Shown here: positions 29,429 to 39,386 of the stretch, one piece after another
Layout of the letters: each line of letters opens with the position of its first letter
Position numbering within the stretch: position 1 is the first letter of the stretch
DNA from: Candidatus Rokuibacteriota bacterium
Lineage (GTDB): Bacteria > Methylomirabilota > Methylomirabilia > Rokubacteriales > DASRDR01
Direction of reading: 5' to 3'
DNA length: 64,000 bases
Assembly (NCBI GenBank): GCA_044867785.1
Contig: JBIOVM010000195.1
Span: forward strand, 10,506 to 74,505
The notes under the pieces: model-generated
The model's database searches: none
What the model was told of the DNA's origin: nothing
The model's input: only the letters and a program-made list of their open reading frames with translations
Made by a program: the position numbers and the translations under genes

Positions 29429-31390
29429 TCAATCGAAATGCGCGCGGATCCCGCCCACGACCCAGGTGCCCAGCGCGGGGAACCCCGCGACCTCGGAGTA
29501 GTCCTCGTTGAAGAGGTTCGTCGCGCGGACGTGCACCGTGATGCCGGAGAGGGCTCCCCAGCGCTTGATCGGGAGTCGGTACGCCGCGGCGGCGTTGACC
29601 ACGGTGTAGCCGGGGTTCCGCGGCTGGCCGGGCGCCTCGAACTGGCTCGACAGGACCTGCACCTCGCCGGACAGGGTCAAGCCGGGCAAGGGCTCCCAGG
29701 TGGCCGTCACCGCGAGGGCGTTCTTCGCGATGCGCCGGAGCGGATCGCCCGTCGTCCGGTCCTCCGAATCGGTGTACGTGTAGGCGAGCCCCACGACGAG
29801 CCCGTCGATCGGGGCGACGCTCGCCTCCACCTCGACGCCCTCCGTGCGGGCCTTGCCGACGTTCTGCGCCTGGAAGCAGAAGTTCGTCGGGTCGATCAGC
29901 GTGGACTGGATGAGGTCGGTGAAGTCGTTCCGGAAGTAGGTCGCCGCGAGCCGAACGCGCCGCGCCCAGAGATGCTGCTCGACGCCGGCGTCCCAGCTCC
30001 GGCTCTCCTCGGTCCGGAGGTCGGGGTTCCCGAACGAGGGACACGGCGGGAAGGCGGGGAAGAAGAGCTCGTTGAACGTGGGCGCGCGGAACCCCTGCCC
30101 CCAGCTGCCCTTGAGCCGGGTGTCGGTCTCTTTGACGAGGTACGAGAGGGCCACGCGGGCGGTGGCCTTGTCCTCGAAGGCGCTGTTGGCGTCGTAGCGA
30201 ACGCCCCCGGTGAGGAAGAGCCGCTCGAACAGGCGCAGCTGGTCCTGCAGGACGATGGCCCAGGAGTCGGTGGTCTCGTCGTAGCTTCCCTTCACCTCGC
30301 CGGTCTCGTTGCGATACTCGGCGCCGACGGTGATCGTGTTCCACGGCACCGGGGTGATGAAGTGGTACCACTCCGCCTCGAACCGGGTCGTGAAGATGTC
30401 CGAGTCGAACGCGAACGGATGCGCGGGATCGGGCTGGTCCCTGAACTCGAGCGTCTCGTCCACGATCCCTACCCGCAGCCGGTGTTCCCAGATGGACGTC
30501 CACGGCTGGCGCCACTCGAGCGACAGGAGCCAGAGCCGATCGTCCTGGCTGCGGTTCGGGTCGAAGTCCGGAAACACGGTGGCGAACGGAAGCCCGCGGT
30601 GCCCGTCCTGGAAGCGGCCGACGAGCGACAGCTCGCCCTTACCCGGCAGCGCGTAGCCGAGCCGCGCGTTCACGGCGATGAGCTCGTGCTCGTCGTTGTC
30701 GAACTGGCCGCCGAAGTCGAGCCGGCTCGCCCCGAGCGAGTAGCTCCACCGGCCCGCGCCGCCCCCGACGCCGACGCGCTCCCGGAACGTCTCGTAGTTG
30801 CCGGCCTCGAGGTCCACGAAGGCCGACGGGGGGCCCTGGCCGCGCTTGGTGATGATGTGGACCACGCCGCCGATCGCGTCGGCGCCGTAGAGCGTCGACT
30901 GCGGGCCCCGCAGGACCTCGATGCGCTCGATGTCGTCGAGCGTGAGGTCGGCGAAGTCGAAGTCGCCCGAGGTCGCGCTCTTGACCCGCACGCCGTCGAC
31001 CAGGACCTGCACCTGGGTCGGGTTGGCGCCACGGATGCGGATGGTCGTGAGCTTGCCCGGGCTGCCCGAGGTCTCCACCTGGACGCCGGGGATGGTCCGC
31101 AGCACTTCGTCGACCTCCCGGTACTCCTGCACGCGCATCTCGTCCTCGTCCCTCACCGTCACCGACGCGCCGGTCTGCTGGGCCGGCTCCTCGCTGCGGG
31201 TCGACGTCACCACCACGGGATCGGCTCGCCGGACTTCGGGCGCGGGCGCCGGGACCGGCGGCACCGTCGGGGTCGGCTGCGCGGCCGCCCGCCCGCCTCC
31301 GATCACCGCGAGCAAAAGCAAAAACGGGGTCAGGCCTCGACTTTGACTTCCAACCACTCGCCTCGTACGTGGCGTCGTTTCGGATCGCAT
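29429..31390 (-). CDS. btuB: TonB-dependent outer-membrane receptor, probable cobalamin transporter BtuB
   Basis: Signal peptide, TonB box DPVVVTSTR, plug domain (IRGANP...VLVDGV) and a C-terminal beta-barrel ending in F. Start ATG 31390 has a GGAGGAGGAG RBS. Immediately downstream of a cobalamin riboswitch. Confidence 0.85.
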   Translation of the reverse strand: MRSETTPRTRRVVGSQSRGLTPFLLLLAVIGGGRAAAQPTPTVPPVPAPAPEVRRADPVVVTSTRSEEPAQQTGASVTVRDEDEMRVQEYREVDEVLRTIPGVQVETSGSPGKLTTIRIRGANPTQVQVLVDGVRVKSATSGDFDFADLTLDDIERIEVLRGPQSTLYGADAIGGVVHIITKRGQGPPSAFVDLEAGNYETFRERVGVGGGAGRWSYSLGASRLDFGGQFDNDEHELIAVNARLGYALPGKGELSLVGRFQDGHRGLPFATVFPDFDPNRSQDDRLWLLSLEWRQPWTSIWEHRLRVGIVDETLEFRDQPDPAHPFAFDSDIFTTRFEAEWYHFITPVPWNTITVGAEYRNETGEVKGSYDETTDSWAIVLQDQLRLFERLFLTGGVRYDANSAFEDKATARVALSYLVKETDTRLKGSWGQGFRAPTFNELFFPAFPPCPSFGNPDLRTEESRSWDAGVEQHLWARRVRLAATYFRNDFTDLIQSTLIDPTNFCFQAQNVGKARTEGVEVEASVAPIDGLVVGLAYTYTDSEDRTTGDPLRRIAKNALAVTATWEPLPGLTLSGEVQVLSSQFEAPGQPRNPGYTVVNAAAAYRLPIKRWGALSGITVHVRATNLFNEDYSEVAGFPALGTWVVGGIRAHFD

Positions 31391-31424
31391 CGCGCACTCC
31401 TCCTCCGCGAAGGGGTGTCGGTCG

Positions 31425-31600
31425 CGTGCGCCCCGACCGGTCTCCTGACTCGTGGCTCGTCGCGTCCGCCGCGCCTTCCCAGGGCGACTGGCCCCAGTGA
31501 CGTCGAATGCGGGGACGCTCCCCACTCACAGTTGCGGGACAGTGCCGGACTCTCACCGGCTTCCCGGTATCGGGACGCTGCCTCGAACCGTCTGCTCTCT
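31425..31600 (-). promoter_or_regulatory. cobalamin (AdoCbl) riboswitch, 5' leader of btuB
   Basis: Minus strand carries CGGGAAGCCGGTGAGAGTCCGG, GCACTGTCCCGCAACTGTGAG, the B12 box GTCACTGGGGCCAGTCGCCCTGGGAAGGCGC and the 3' element GAGTCAGGAGACCGGTC. Confidence 0.85.
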
Positions 31601-31653
31601 CACCTCCTGGGGGTCGGAGATCAAAATCAAGGCCTGACCCCGGTTTTTGAGTT

Positions 31654-32418
31654 TCACGGCCGGGCGCCGAGCACGACGGGGCGGCCGGAGGATGGCAGTC
31701 GCTCGACCCACACCGGACAGCCGTAGGCGACCTCCAGCACCGCCTCCTCGAGGACCTCGCGAGGAGCGCCGAGCCGCACGGTGCGCCCCCCCGAGAGGAG
31801 GAGGAGGCGGTCGGCGAGGTCGGCCGCGAAGTTGAGGTCGTGGCTCACGAAGACCACCGTCATGCCGCGCTCCCGGTTCAGCCGGCGCAGGAGCCCGAGC
31901 AGATGCCGCTGGTGTCGGAGGTCCAGGTGGCTCGTCGGCTCGTCGAGCAGGAGGACGCGGGGCTCCTGGGCGAGCGCCCGGGCGAGGAGCGCCCGCTGGC
32001 GCTCGCCCCCCGCGAGGGCGTCGACCGGATGGGCGGCGAGCTCGAGCACACCGGCAAGCGCCATCGCCTCGCGCGCGCGCGCCAGGTCCTCGGGGCCCTC
32101 GAAGAGCCGTCCCGCGCCGCGGGGGAAGCGGCCCATCAGGGCGAGCTCCTCGACGCTGATCGGGAAGGCGATATGCTCCTCCTGCGGGACGACGGCCACC
32201 TCGCGCGCCAGCGCGAGCCGCCCAACCTCCGCGAGCGGCGCCCCGCGGAAGCGAATCTCCCCGCGAGCGGGCGCATGGATCTTCGACAGGAGCCGCAGGA
32301 CCGTGGTCTTCCCGGAGCTGTTGGGGCCGACCAGGCCCAGCACTTCTCCCTCCCCGATCGTCAGCGTGAGGCCGGTCAGGCGGAACGCGCCGCCATAGCC
32401 GAAGTCCACGTCCCGCAT
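31654..32418 (-). CDS. btuD: ABC transporter ATP-binding protein (BtuD/FepC type)
   Basis: Walker A GPNSSGKTT, signature LAGGERQR, Walker B LLLDEPTSHLD. The tracked ORF has a long spurious upstream extension. Confidence 0.85.
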   Translation of the reverse strand: MRDVDFGYGGAFRLTGLTLTIGEGEVLGLVGPNSSGKTTVLRLLSKIHAPARGEIRFRGAPLAEVGRLALAREVAVVPQEEHIAFPISVEELALMGRFPRGAGRLFEGPEDLARAREAMALAGVLELAAHPVDALAGGERQRALLARALAQEPRVLLLDEPTSHLDLRHQRHLLGLLRRLNRERGMTVVFVSHDLNFAADLADRLLLLSGGRTVRLGAPREVLEEAVLEVAYGCPVWVERLPSSGRPVVLGARP

Positions 32419-32471
32419 CGAGAGCACGGGCGCCCCGCTCCCGTCGGCCGGCGCGCGCACGGCGGGCGGGC

Positions 32472-33488
32472 TCACGGCGCGCGCCGCCCCAGGCGATACC
32501 GCAGGAGGTAGACGAAGAACGGCGCGCCGGCGAACGCCGTCACGACCCCGACCGGCAGCTCCGCCGGCTGCACCAGGGCCCGGGCCAGCGTGTCCGCGAG
32601 CACGAGGAACATCGCGCCGGCGCCCGCGGCCACCGGCACCAGCAGGCGATTGTCGGCCCCGACCACGAGCCGCACGCCGTGCGGCACGATGAGGCCCACG
32701 AACCCGATCGGCCCGGTCTGGGCGACGATCACGCCGGTGAGGAGCGACGCCGCGACGAACACGATGCGCTTGACGCGCTCGGCGTCGACGCCGAGCTGGA
32801 GCGCCGACTCCTCGCCAAGCGCGAGCAGGTTCAGCGCCCGGGCCTGGCCGTAGACCAGCGCCCCGCCCACCGCCGCGCCGATCGCGGTCACGACGACCGC
32901 GCGATACCCGACGGTCCCCAGGCTGCCCATGAGCCAATGGAGGATCCCGCCCAGCCGGGCGAAGTCGACCAGCGAGACGACGAGCGTGATCAGGGCCGAG
33001 AAGAAGAGCCCGGTGATGACTCCCGCCAGGAGCAGCGTCTGGACGGGCAGCCAGCCGCCCGAGGCCGCGATCACGTACACCGTGCTCGCCGCGACCAGTG
33101 CGCCCGCGAACGCGGCGATCGAGAGCCCGATCGTCGCGGCGAGCGTGCCCTCGAGCCCCCAGAGCTGGCCGAGCACGGCGCCCAGCGACGCGCCGCCGGC
33201 GACGCCCAGCACGGCGGGATCCGCGAGCGGGTTCCGCGTCAGCGCCTGGAACGCCGTGCCCGCGACGGCGAGCCCGCCGCCGGCGAGGGCGGCGAGCAGC
33301 ACGCGCGGGAGCCGGAGCTCCAGCACCACCGTGGCCGCCAGCTCCGAGCGCGGATGCCCGAGGAGCGCCGCGGCCACGTCGACGGGGCCCACCGCCGCCG
33401 GTCCGGTGCCGAGCCCGAGAAGGACGGCGACCAGCAAGCCGCCCAGCACGACGGCGGAGGCCGCGCCGACCCGTCGCCGCGAGATCAC
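32472..33488 (-). CDS. btuC: FecCD-family ABC permease (BtuC type)
   Basis: Multi-TM FecCD profile. GTG 33488 overlaps the upstream stop (GTGA). Confidence 0.8.
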   Translation of the reverse strand: MISRRRVGAASAVVLGGLLVAVLLGLGTGPAAVGPVDVAAALLGHPRSELAATVVLELRLPRVLLAALAGGGLAVAGTAFQALTRNPLADPAVLGVAGGASLGAVLGQLWGLEGTLAATIGLSIAAFAGALVAASTVYVIAASGGWLPVQTLLLAGVITGLFFSALITLVVSLVDFARLGGILHWLMGSLGTVGYRAVVVTAIGAAVGGALVYGQARALNLLALGEESALQLGVDAERVKRIVFVAASLLTGVIVAQTGPIGFVGLIVPHGVRLVVGADNRLLVPVAAGAGAMFLVLADTLARALVQPAELPVGVVTAFAGAPFFVYLLRYRLGRRAP

Positions 33489-34411
33489 GGCACGCGGTCC
33501 GGATGGAGGGCGCGGGCCAGCGCGCGCAGCGCCTCGATCATCCGCGGTCCCGGCCGATGGACCAAGTCGCCGTCCACCGCGTACACCCGGCCCTCGCGGA
33601 CGGCGGCCACCGCGCTGAGCTGCTCCCATCCGCGAAGGAGCTCCTGGGCGGTGGCCTCACTGTGGCGGCCCACGATGATGCGCTCCGGGCGCCGCTCGAC
33701 GACCGTCTCGAGCGAGAGCCGCGGGTACGGCAGCGGCTCGGCCCCGGTGACGCTCTCACCGCCGGCCCGCTGGATCAGCTCGGTGATGAGGGTGCCCCGC
33801 CCCGGCGCGATCAAGGGATTCGGCCAGACCACGTAGAGCACGCGAGGCCGGGGCACGCCGGCGACGGACCGTGCGATGGCGTCGGCTTCCTGCCGCATCG
33901 CGGCCACGCGCGTCCGGCCGGCCGCCTCCCGGCCGAGCACCGCGCCGATCCGCTCGATCGACTCGAGCACGGTCTCGAAATCGACCGGGCGGATCACGTA
34001 GACGGGCAGCCCGAGCGCGGTGAGCCTCTGCACGTGCTCCGCGTAGTTGCTCTCCGAGGTGGCCAGGACCAGGTCGGGGCGAAGCGCCAGGATCGCCTCG
34101 AAGCTCGGCGTCGCGATCCCGCCGACGCGGGGCTTCTTCGCCGCCTCGGGCGGGTAGTCGCAATAGTCGGTGACTCCGACGAGACGCTCGCCCTCGCCCA
34201 GGGCGAAGACGGTCTCCGTGATGCTCGGCGCCAGCGAGACGATCCGCACCGCGCGCGCCGGGACGGCGACGCGCCGGCCCAGCATGTCCGTCAGGTCCCC
34301 GGCGGCGCCGGGGGACGCGACGAGGCTCGCGACGGCGACGGCGAGGAGCGCCGCGAGCCGGGAGGCCCGCGGAGCGCGGGGCGTCGACCGGGACGACGAG
34401 ACCGCCGTCAC
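33485..34411 (-). CDS. btuF: periplasmic substrate-binding protein (BtuF/FhuD class III)
   Basis: Signal peptide then RIVSLAPSITETVFALG...LRPDLVL, typical of class III SBPs. GTG 34411 overlaps the cobT stop. Confidence 0.75.
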   Translation of the reverse strand: MTAVSSSRSTPRAPRASRLAALLAVAVASLVASPGAAGDLTDMLGRRVAVPARAVRIVSLAPSITETVFALGEGERLVGVTDYCDYPPEAAKKPRVGGIATPSFEAILALRPDLVLATSESNYAEHVQRLTALGLPVYVIRPVDFETVLESIERIGAVLGREAAGRTRVAAMRQEADAIARSVAGVPRPRVLYVVWPNPLIAPGRGTLITELIQRAGGESVTGAEPLPYPRLSLETVVERRPERIIVGRHSEATAQELLRGWEQLSAVAAVREGRVYAVDGDLVHRPGPRMIEALRALARALHPDRVP

Positions 34412-35469
34412 CGAACGCGCTCGGAGACGCCGGCGTCCCGGAAGGTCGCCATCTCCCGGAAGCACGCGAGCGCCGCCCGGACGAGCCCGATGCCGAGCGC
34501 CGCACCGGTCCCTTCGCCGAGTCGCATCCCGAGCTCGAGATAGGGAGTGAGCCCCAGCGCCTCGAGCAGGCGCTGGTGCCCGGGCTCGGCGCTCCGGTGG
34601 GAGGCGATCATGTAGTCGCGCGAGGCGGGCGCGAGCCGCGCCGCGACCAGGGCCGCCGCCGTCGTGATGAAACCGTCGAGCACCACCGGCACCCGCCGGG
34701 CGGCGCCGGCCAGGATCACGCCCGCGAGCCCCGCGATCTCGAAGCCGCCCAGCGCGGCCAGGACGCCGACGGGGTCGCCCGCATTCACGGGATTCGCGGC
34801 GATCGCTCGGCGGACCGACTCGACCTTCCAGATCCACACCTCGTCGCTGACACCGGTGCCGCGCCCGGTGACCATGGCGGGATCGGCCCCGGCGAGCGCG
34901 GCGGTGAGCGCGCTGGCCGAGGTCGTGTTGCCGATGCCCATCTCGCCGGTGCCGACGCAGTCCGGCGTCGCGCCGTCGACGAGCGCGGCGCCGGCCACGA
35001 CCGCCCGGATGGCCTCGTCGCGCGTCATCGCCGGCCCATGCGTGATGCTCCGCGTGCCGGCCCCGACCCGGCGCCGGACGATCGGGAGGTCGTCGTCGAG
35101 CGGCCCGATGACGCCGAGGTCCGCCACGACGACCTGGGCGCCGACGTGCCGAGCGAGCACGTTGACGGCGGCCCCGCCTCGCGCGAAGTTCTCTACCATC
35201 TGGGCGGTGACGCCTTGCGGGTAGGCGCTCACGCCCTCGGCGGCGACGCCGTGGTCCGCCGCCAGCGTGAAGATCACCGGCGAGTCGACGCGCGGCATCG
35301 GATCGCCGGTGATCACGACGACTCGCGTCGCCAGCTCTTCCAGGCGGCCGAGACTGCCGCGCGGCTTGGTGAGGCTGTCGAGCCGCTCGCGCGCCTGCGC
35401 GCCCAGCCGACCGTCGGGCGTCGTGACGGACGCGACGAGCCGGTCGAGCGCCGCGTCGGGCGTGCTCAT
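34408..35469 (-). CDS. cobT: nicotinate-nucleotide--dimethylbenzimidazole phosphoribosyltransferase
   Basis: CobT motifs (GEMGIGNTT, LDGFIT). ATG 35469 overlaps the cobU stop (ATGA). Confidence 0.85.
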   Translation of the reverse strand: MSTPDAALDRLVASVTTPDGRLGAQARERLDSLTKPRGSLGRLEELATRVVVITGDPMPRVDSPVIFTLAADHGVAAEGVSAYPQGVTAQMVENFARGGAAVNVLARHVGAQVVVADLGVIGPLDDDLPIVRRRVGAGTRSITHGPAMTRDEAIRAVVAGAALVDGATPDCVGTGEMGIGNTTSASALTAALAGADPAMVTGRGTGVSDEVWIWKVESVRRAIAANPVNAGDPVGVLAALGGFEIAGLAGVILAGAARRVPVVLDGFITTAAALVAARLAPASRDYMIASHRSAEPGHQRLLEALGLTPYLELGMRLGEGTGAALGIGLVRAALACFREMATFRDAGVSERVR

Positions 35470-36017
35470 CCGGTCGGCTCCTGCGGAGCGGGCTTCACGA
35501 CGACGGGACAGCCGGCCACCAAGAGGACGACTTCGTCCGCCGCCCGCGCGACCGCCTGGTTGAGGAGGCCGAGCGCGTCGCGGAACCGGCGGCCGAGCGG
35601 CGTTTCCGGGTGGACGCCAGAGCCCACCTCGTTCGACACGAGGATCAGCGAGCATCCGGGGCGCGCCATGACGGCGGCGAGCTCCGCGGCCTCGCGCTCG
35701 AGATCTCGGTCGGATAGCTCGGGCCTTTTCTGGAGCAGATTTGCGACCCAGAGGTTCAGGCAATCCACGAGCACGACGTCGGCCTCGGCCTGGAGCGCCG
35801 TCAAGGCGGAGGGGAGCGCGAGCGGCACCTCGACGGTGCGCCACGCGGGAGGCCGCGTCGCGCGATGACGGGCGATCCGGGTGGCCATCTCGGAATCGCC
35901 CGCCTCGGCGGTCGCGACGAAGACGACGCGCCCACCGATGGCCTGAGCCCTGGCGACGGCGAACGCACTCTTCCCCGCTCGAACTCCGCCCAGGACCAGA
36001 AGGGTCCGTGGGCTCAC
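35466..36017 (-). CDS. cobU: adenosylcobinamide kinase / adenosylcobinamide-phosphate guanylyltransferase
   Basis: P-loop LVLGGVRAGKSAFA and VLVDCL motifs of CobU/CobP. Confidence 0.85.
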   Translation of the reverse strand: MSPRTLLVLGGVRAGKSAFAVARAQAIGGRVVFVATAEAGDSEMATRIARHRATRPPAWRTVEVPLALPSALTALQAEADVVLVDCLNLWVANLLQKRPELSDRDLEREAAELAAVMARPGCSLILVSNEVGSGVHPETPLGRRFRDALGLLNQAVARAADEVVLLVAGCPVVVKPAPQEPTG

Positions 36018-36104
36018 GACGGGCTAGGGCGGGGACTCCGGCTGGGCGACGTCGCGTGCGGCAACCCGGGCCTCCCCTCGAAGACCGGTTCGAAGCGCTC
36101 GGGT

Positions 36105-36240
36105 CCCAGGCAGGTCTCCTGGCTCTCGGATCGTCCTACTCCCCGCGCCCTTCCCGGCGCCGCGCGCCAGTGGGCTCGTGTGCGGGTTTCGTCCCCGATC
36201 ACAGTGACGGGGTCGCGGCGGTCTCGCACCGCCTTCCCTC
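36105..36240 (-). promoter_or_regulatory. cobalamin (AdoCbl) riboswitch, 5' leader of the cobU-cobT-btuFCD operon
   Basis: Minus strand carries GGGAAGGCGGTGCGAGACCGCC, GACCCCGTCACTGTGA, the B12 box GCCCACTGGCGCGCGGCGCCGGGAAGGGC and GAGCCAGGAGACCTGCC. Confidence 0.85.
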
Positions 36241-36311
36241 TTGGCCCCGCGCGGGGGCGCACCTGGGACCCCGTGAACGCGGTCAACGCTAGCAGCGGGG
36301 GGACGCCCCCG

Positions 36312-36911
36312 TCAAGGAGGGGGAATCGGTCGGACCCGAGCGGAACGCCATCCGCCGGGCGCGAGCGCACCTTCCTTCGGGAGACGCCATCCGAGGCGAC
36401 CGTCGCCCCCGCGCGCGAGGTCGCCGGACGCGTGCGGGTCCGGCACGAAGCCAAGCTTCCGGAGGACGCGCTGCGCCGGGATGTTGGCGACGTCGGTGTC
36501 TGCCGCGATGAATCGCACGCTCGCGTGACCGAACGCCCAGGCGAGGAGGGAGGCCACGGCTTCCGTGGCATAGCCGCGATCCCAGTGTGCGGGTGAAAAG
36601 GAGCAGCCGATGACGACGCCGCCCTCCGGTCCCGGGGGCCCTTTGAAGTCGACCAGGCCGACGCTCTCCCCTTCGCGGACCAGCACCACTTGCCAGAAGG
36701 TCCACCACATCCACGCATCCGGGTCTCGCAGCATCCGATCGCGGTGTCGCCGCGCCGCGTCGAGCGTGCGACGTTCGGTCATCCACGCCGGGCACGGCTT
36801 GGCTCCCAGCCGCTCTTGGAGCGTCGGCCAATCCTCCACCAGGAGCCGCATCTCTTCCGCATCGAGGGGAACGAGGCGCAGCCGCTCGGTGCGCCGCTCG
36901 GGCGACGACAT
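36312..36911 (-). CDS. GNAT-family N-acetyltransferase
   Basis: Acetyl-CoA-binding motif (RGYATEAVASLLAWAF) and QRVLRKLGF. Confidence 0.7.
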   Translation of the reverse strand: MSSPERRTERLRLVPLDAEEMRLLVEDWPTLQERLGAKPCPAWMTERRTLDAARRHRDRMLRDPDAWMWWTFWQVVLVREGESVGLVDFKGPPGPEGGVVIGCSFSPAHWDRGYATEAVASLLAWAFGHASVRFIAADTDVANIPAQRVLRKLGFVPDPHASGDLARGGDGRLGWRLPKEGALAPGGWRSARVRPIPPP

Positions 36912-36923
36912 CTCGGACGGCCG

Positions 36924-37373
36924 CTAGCGGGTGAGCCGCGCCTTCACGAGATCGGAGAGCGCCTTGCCGTCGACGGTCTTTCCCTGGAGCCGGGCGCGGG
37001 CGGCCTTCATGACGGCCCCCATGTCCTTGGGCGACGTGCCGCCCGTCTCGGCGACGGCCTCCTCCACGGCCCGCGCCATGTCATCCGGCGACGCGGCGCC
37101 GGGAAGGTACTCCTGGATGACCTTGGCCTCGCGCTCCTCCTTCTGGGCGAGGTCCTCGCGCCCCGCCGCCCGGAACTGCTCGGCGGCGTCGCGCCGCTGC
37201 TTGATCAGCGTGTTGAGGACCCGGAGCGCGTCCTCGTCCCCCAGGCTCCCCGGCACCTCGGTCTCGCGCAGCTTCAGTGCGGTCTTGACCATCCGGAGCG
37301 CGCCGAGTCGCTCGGCCTCGCGCGCCTTGAGCGCCTCGGTGAGATCGCGGTCGATCTGCTGGACGATGGTCAT
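36924..37373 (-). CDS. GatB/YqeY-domain protein
   Basis: DLTEALKAREAERLGALRMVKTALK...GKALSDLVKARL is the YqeY fold signature. Confidence 0.8.
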   Translation of the reverse strand: MTIVQQIDRDLTEALKAREAERLGALRMVKTALKLRETEVPGSLGDEDALRVLNTLIKQRRDAAEQFRAAGREDLAQKEEREAKVIQEYLPGAASPDDMARAVEEAVAETGGTSPKDMGAVMKAARARLQGKTVDGKALSDLVKARLTR

Positions 37374-37504
37374 GGTGGCTCCCGGTCCACCATCGTACCG
37401 CGTCCGCGCATGTGGCGAGGACCGTACTACAATCACCCCGCGCAGCCCGAGCCGAGCGCGCCAGGTCGCGCCAAGACGCCGAAGCACGTGAGAAGGGAGA
37501 CCCG

Positions 37505-37957
37505 ATGGCCCGAACGGCGGTGGACCGATCGTACGTCGACGAGAACGCAGCGGAGCTGCGTCGCCTGAAGAGCCTGGTGGAGCGGCTGAGCGACGCGGAC
37601 CTGGCCCGCCCCACGCCCGGCGGGTGGACCGTCGCCTCCTCCCTTGCCCACGTGGCGTTCTGGGACCAGCGGGTCCTCCACTGGCTGGACCGGTGGGAGC
37701 AGGGCGAGGCGCCGCGCGCGCTCGACCACGCCGACGCCGACTGGATCAACGACGCCGGGAAGCCGCTCCTCCTCGCGCTCGCGCCGAGCGTGGCGGCACG
37801 GCTGGCGGTGGAGGTCGCCGAGCGGGTGGACCGGCGGCTGGCCGCGCTCTCCGACGAGCGCATCGCGGCGAATCAGGCGGCCGGCGAGCCCATCCTGCTC
37901 GTCCGGGCGCGCCATCGCAAGACGCACCTCGACGAGATCGAGCAGATCCTCCGGTGA
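37505..37957 (+). CDS. hypothetical protein (DinB/YfiT-like four-helix bundle suspected)
   Basis: ATG with a GAAGGGAG RBS. His-containing helical repeats (LAHVAFWDQ). Confidence 0.45.
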   Translation: MARTAVDRSYVDENAAELRRLKSLVERLSDADLARPTPGGWTVASSLAHVAFWDQRVLHWLDRWEQGEAPRALDHADADWINDAGKPLLLALAPSVAARLAVEVAERVDRRLAALSDERIAANQAAGEPILLVRARHRKTHLDEIEQILR

Positions 37958-38085
37958 ACTGACAGGACGACCTTCCCAGGAGCCGAGCCAGAACCTTCAA
38001 GCGCGCCCTCACGCGGCGGCGCGAGAACTCGCGTGAGCGCGCCGACCGCCGGAGGCCCGGCTGTGACGGTCTCGCGAGCGCGGCT

Positions 38086-39321
38086 TCAGGGCAGGGCGGC
38101 CTCGCCAAACCAGGCGACGCGGCGGGTGCCCCCGACGGGCCGCCCCGCCCGGAGGACGAGCGCGCGGGCCGCGGGGTCGCCGGCACCAGTGATGTCGAGG
38201 AGAGGATCGCGCTCGAGCACGAGGAGGTCGGCCGCCTTGCCTGCCGCGAGCGTGCCCGTCTCCCCGTCGACACCGAGGCACTCCGCGGCCCGCCCGGTCC
38301 CCACCGCGATGGCGTCCGCGGGTGACAGGCCGGCCTCGACCATGTGCGCGAGCTCGACCGCCGTCTCGCCGTGGCCGTACGCGCCGCTGTCCGTGCCGAG
38401 GGCGATACGCACGCCAGCCGCTCGGGCACGCGCGAAGCTCTCCCGGTGCGGCGTGATCAGCTCGCGGGCCCGCGCCTGGCGAAGCGCCGTCCCGCGCTGG
38501 GCGTGCCATCGGTAGATCGCGAACGTCGGCACGTACCACGTCCCGCGCCGGGCCATCTCGCCGACGACCTCGTCGTCGAGCCAGGCGCCGTGCTCGATCG
38601 TGTCCACGCCGGCCCGCACCGCCGCGAGCGTGTTCGGCCCGCCCACTGCGTGACAGGCGACGGGGACCCCCGCGCGGTGCGCCTCGTCGACCACGGCGGC
38701 GATCTCCTCGGGCGTGAAAAGCGGACGGCGGGCCGGGACGCGGGGCGCGCTCACGCCACCGCTGACCGCGATCTTCACGACATCGGCCCCCGCGCGGAGC
38801 ACCTCCCGGACTTTCGCCCGCGCGGCGTGCGGCCCGTCGCACTCCGGCTCCGGCATGCCCGGGAGGGAGGGCGAGCGGATCCCCTGCACGGTGACCGGAT
38901 CGGCCATGCCGTTGGTCGGTGAGACGATGACGCAGCTCACCTGGAGCCGCGGCCCGGGGATGAGACCGCGGTCCACGGCGTCGCGGAACCCGGGGTCGAG
39001 CCCGCCGAGGTCGCGCGCCGTCGTGCAGCCGCCCTCGAGCGTCGTCCGCAGCGCCCGGACCGCCTCCGCCGCCAGCTCCATGAGCCGCTGATCCGGGTGC
39101 CCGACCAAGCGCAGCGCCCACGGCGCCAGGTGCACGTGGCAGTCGATCAGGCCCGGCATGACGGTCCGCCCCTCGAGATCGACCACGCGGACGTCGGGGC
39201 CGAACTGGCGCTCGTGGCACACGGCCTCGATGCGGGCGCCGTCGAGCACGAGCGTGGTGCCGGGCCGGGGCGACCCGCCCCGGCCGTCGAGGACGACGCC
39301 GCCCAGGAGCGCGGTCTTCAT
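38086..39321 (-). CDS. metal-dependent amidohydrolase
   Basis: PGLIDCHVHL metal-binding start and the downstream His/Asp ligands (HAVGG, LGTDSG) of the amidohydrolase superfamily. Confidence 0.8.
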   Translation of the reverse strand: MKTALLGGVVLDGRGGSPRPGTTLVLDGARIEAVCHERQFGPDVRVVDLEGRTVMPGLIDCHVHLAPWALRLVGHPDQRLMELAAEAVRALRTTLEGGCTTARDLGGLDPGFRDAVDRGLIPGPRLQVSCVIVSPTNGMADPVTVQGIRSPSLPGMPEPECDGPHAARAKVREVLRAGADVVKIAVSGGVSAPRVPARRPLFTPEEIAAVVDEAHRAGVPVACHAVGGPNTLAAVRAGVDTIEHGAWLDDEVVGEMARRGTWYVPTFAIYRWHAQRGTALRQARARELITPHRESFARARAAGVRIALGTDSGAYGHGETAVELAHMVEAGLSPADAIAVGTGRAAECLGVDGETGTLAAGKAADLLVLERDPLLDITGAGDPAARALVLRAGRPVGGTRRVAWFGEAALP

Positions 39322-39386
39322 CGGTTGCACCGACGATACACGACGGCTTCCGACGCTGGCAAGCGACCGGCGACCGTCCTCGTGCG

